Shown here piece by piece: positions 62,408 to 64,000 of a stretch of 64,000 bases of DNA (the first letter of the stretch is position 1; the number at the start of each line of letters is the position of its first letter). Location: NCBI GenBank assembly GCA_038523235.1, contig JBCBJQ010000014.1, forward strand, positions 23,582-87,581, written 5' to 3'. The stretch is from Cyanobacteria bacterium J06626_4. GTDB lineage: Bacteria; Cyanobacteriota; Cyanobacteriia; Phormidesmidales; Phormidesmidaceae. A program made the translations under genes and the position numbers. A model generated the notes under the pieces. The model did no database searches and was not told the DNA's origin. It saw only the letters and a program-made list of their open reading frames with translations.

Positions 62408-63265
62408 ATGCAAGACGCTAAGCTCATCGCCAAATCTCACGACGCTCATCGTTCTGTTATTGCGCTCAATGATCAGGTCACAGTGGGGGGCGATGAGCTC
62501 CTCATCATTGGTGGCCCCTGCTCAGTCGAGAGTCTAGAGCAAATGGAAACCATCGCTGATCGCCTCGGGCATCAGAGTGTTCAGGCTTTGCGAGGAGGCG
62601 TTTACAAGCCCCGCACGTCGCCCTACGCCTTCCAAGGAGTGGGTGAATCCGGTTTAACCATTTTGGATCGCGTGCGGCGGCGCTACCAGTTGCCCGTGAT
62701 CACCGAGGTTATGGCCATTCATCAAATTGAGGCGATCGTCGCCCACGCCGATGTGTTGCAGGTGGGCAGCCGCAACATGCAAAACTTTGATTTGCTCAAG
62801 GCCCTCGGCGAAATTGATTGCCCCGTAGTGCTCAAGCGCGGCCTCGCAGCCACTGTGCAAGAGTTTGTCATGGCGGCAGAATACATTGCTAGCCACGGCA
62901 ATACCAACGTCATTTTGTGTGAGCGCGGCATTCGCAGCTTCGACAATTACACGCGCAACGTGCTCGATTTAGGGGCAGTCGTGGCACTCAAACAGCTCAC
63001 TCACCTCCCGGTCATTACCGATCCGAGTCACGCAGCGGGCAAGCGAGAACTGGTGGCTAGCTTGGCCCGAGCGGCGATTGCGGCGGGGGCCGATGGCATC
63101 ATGATCGAATGCCACCCAGTGCCAGACGAATCGATTTCCGATGCTCGCCAAACCCTGTCGCTCGACGCCATGGCCGACTTGGTTGACAGCCTACGACCTA
63201 TTGCCGCCGCAATAGGTCGCATCATGCCCATGCCTCAGGGTGCCGCCCAAACGACGTTCGTCTAA
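62408..63265 (+). CDS. aroF: DAHP synthase, type I-beta, short form without N-terminal regulatory domain
   Basis: GPCSVES, RGG.YKPRTSPY.FQG, QVGSRNMQNF, LKRG, CERGIR, DPSH. ATG at 62408 after AGGA gives 285 aa. Confidence 0.93.
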   Translation: MQDAKLIAKSHDAHRSVIALNDQVTVGGDELLIIGGPCSVESLEQMETIADRLGHQSVQALRGGVYKPRTSPYAFQGVGESGLTILDRVRRRYQLPVITEVMAIHQIEAIVAHADVLQVGSRNMQNFDLLKALGEIDCPVVLKRGLAATVQEFVMAAEYIASHGNTNVILCERGIRSFDNYTRNVLDLGAVVALKQLTHLPVITDPSHAAGKRELVASLARAAIAAGADGIMIECHPVPDESISDARQTLSLDAMADLVDSLRPIAAAIGRIMPMPQGAAQTTFV

Positions 63266-63612
63266 GCGGGAGCTGACATGGACAGTAACTGCGACCATTA
63301 CGGGTAGATCACTGTTTCGGGCGTTTTCAAAAAGACTGGGACAAGACTTTGCGAATCTGGGCTTATACAGTTAACGGTGGCTCCGTAGCATGGAAATGTG
63401 CCGTTTCATCATTGGGATGTACCCGTTCGGCTTCGCAGGAACTATAAGCTGTCTGAGTCACAATTAGAGAGTTGCTGTAATCGATCAGTTGGTATTTCGG
63501 AGGATTCATAGTCCTCTTCTACACCATTCCTCTTTGAACTGCGTAACTCCTGACAGTAGCCCTTATTCTCAACTTGATCTCGAACCACAATAAATTCAGG
63601 AGCCATAGCAAC

Positions 63613-63652
63613 AGAACCGCACCAATGCAGTTTAGGGCATTGGTGCGGTTCT
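63613..63652 (-). terminator. Hairpin downstream of 5S rRNA (probable rrn terminator)
   Basis: 16-bp stem AGAACCGCACCAATGC / GCATTGGTGCGGTTCT. Confidence 0.65.
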
Positions 63653-63659
63653 AATAGCG

Positions 63660-63778
63660 ACCTGGCACCGAGCTAATTTCCCGTGGGGCAACCCCCAAAG
63701 TATCTTCGCCGCAGATATGTTTCACAACCGAGTTCGGGATGGAATCGGAGTGGGGCCATACCGCCATAGGCACCAGGA
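63660..63778 (-). rRNA. rrf: 5S rRNA
   Basis: Reverse complement reads TCCTGGTGCCTATGGCGGTATGGCCCCACTCCGATTCCATCCCGAACTCGGTTGTGAAAC...GGTGCCAGG. Confidence 0.96.
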
Positions 63779-63851
63779 AAGGTGTGGCTGCTGAGTTAAT
63801 AGAGCCTTGAGAGCTGCATAGAGACGAGGGTCGATAGTTGAAGCGCTTGAG

Positions 63852-64000
63852 AAGGACAAGCCCTCGGTCTGTTAGTATTCCTCAGCTTCATCTGTTGCCA
63901 GACTTCCACTTAGAACCTATTAACGGGTGGTCTTCCCGTGACCTTACTGGCTTGTGCCATGGGAGTACTCATCTTGGGGTGGGCTTCCCACTTAGATGCT
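63852..64000 (-). rRNA. rrl: 23S rRNA, 3' end (continues beyond the window)
   Basis: Reverse complement contains AGCATCTAAGTGGGAAGCCCAC and ...CTAACAGACCGAGGGCTTGTCC, typical of the 23S 3' terminus. Confidence 0.95.

Overview
Chromosomal window from a cyanobacterium (dense HIP1 GCGATCGC octamers, chlI, a bciB/Slr1923-type 8-vinyl reductase, cyanobacterial DUFs), probably a Leptolyngbya-like filamentous strain (inference). It is mostly core genome: tRNA-Arg(ACG), moaC, chlI-ruvC, prfB with its +1 frameshift, rnpB, murQ, tamB, lepB, a stand-alone EF-G, sbcC, ureD, mgsA and the 3' end of an rRNA operon. The standout signal is below the ORF-track cutoff. Between a good sigma70 promoter and a short DAHP synthase gene lacking a regulatory domain sit TWO tandem ribosome-dependent attenuator units. 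Each is an aromatic-rich leader peptide (MVFSAQRFYFWHFQGVHQW and MQYSAPANWFYHFFFFTGTRSG) whose 3' end can pair with the 5' arm of its own intrinsic terminator. A second candidate system is a two-gene unit encoding a heme-oxygenase-like diiron enzyme and a stand-alone SET methyltransferase. The window also has three frameshift-split genes (Uma2, a RAYT relic, DUF6398/pRiA4b), GTAG-type REP elements and HIP1-centred terminators. All family assignments come from motif recognition by eye; no searches or folding calculations were run.
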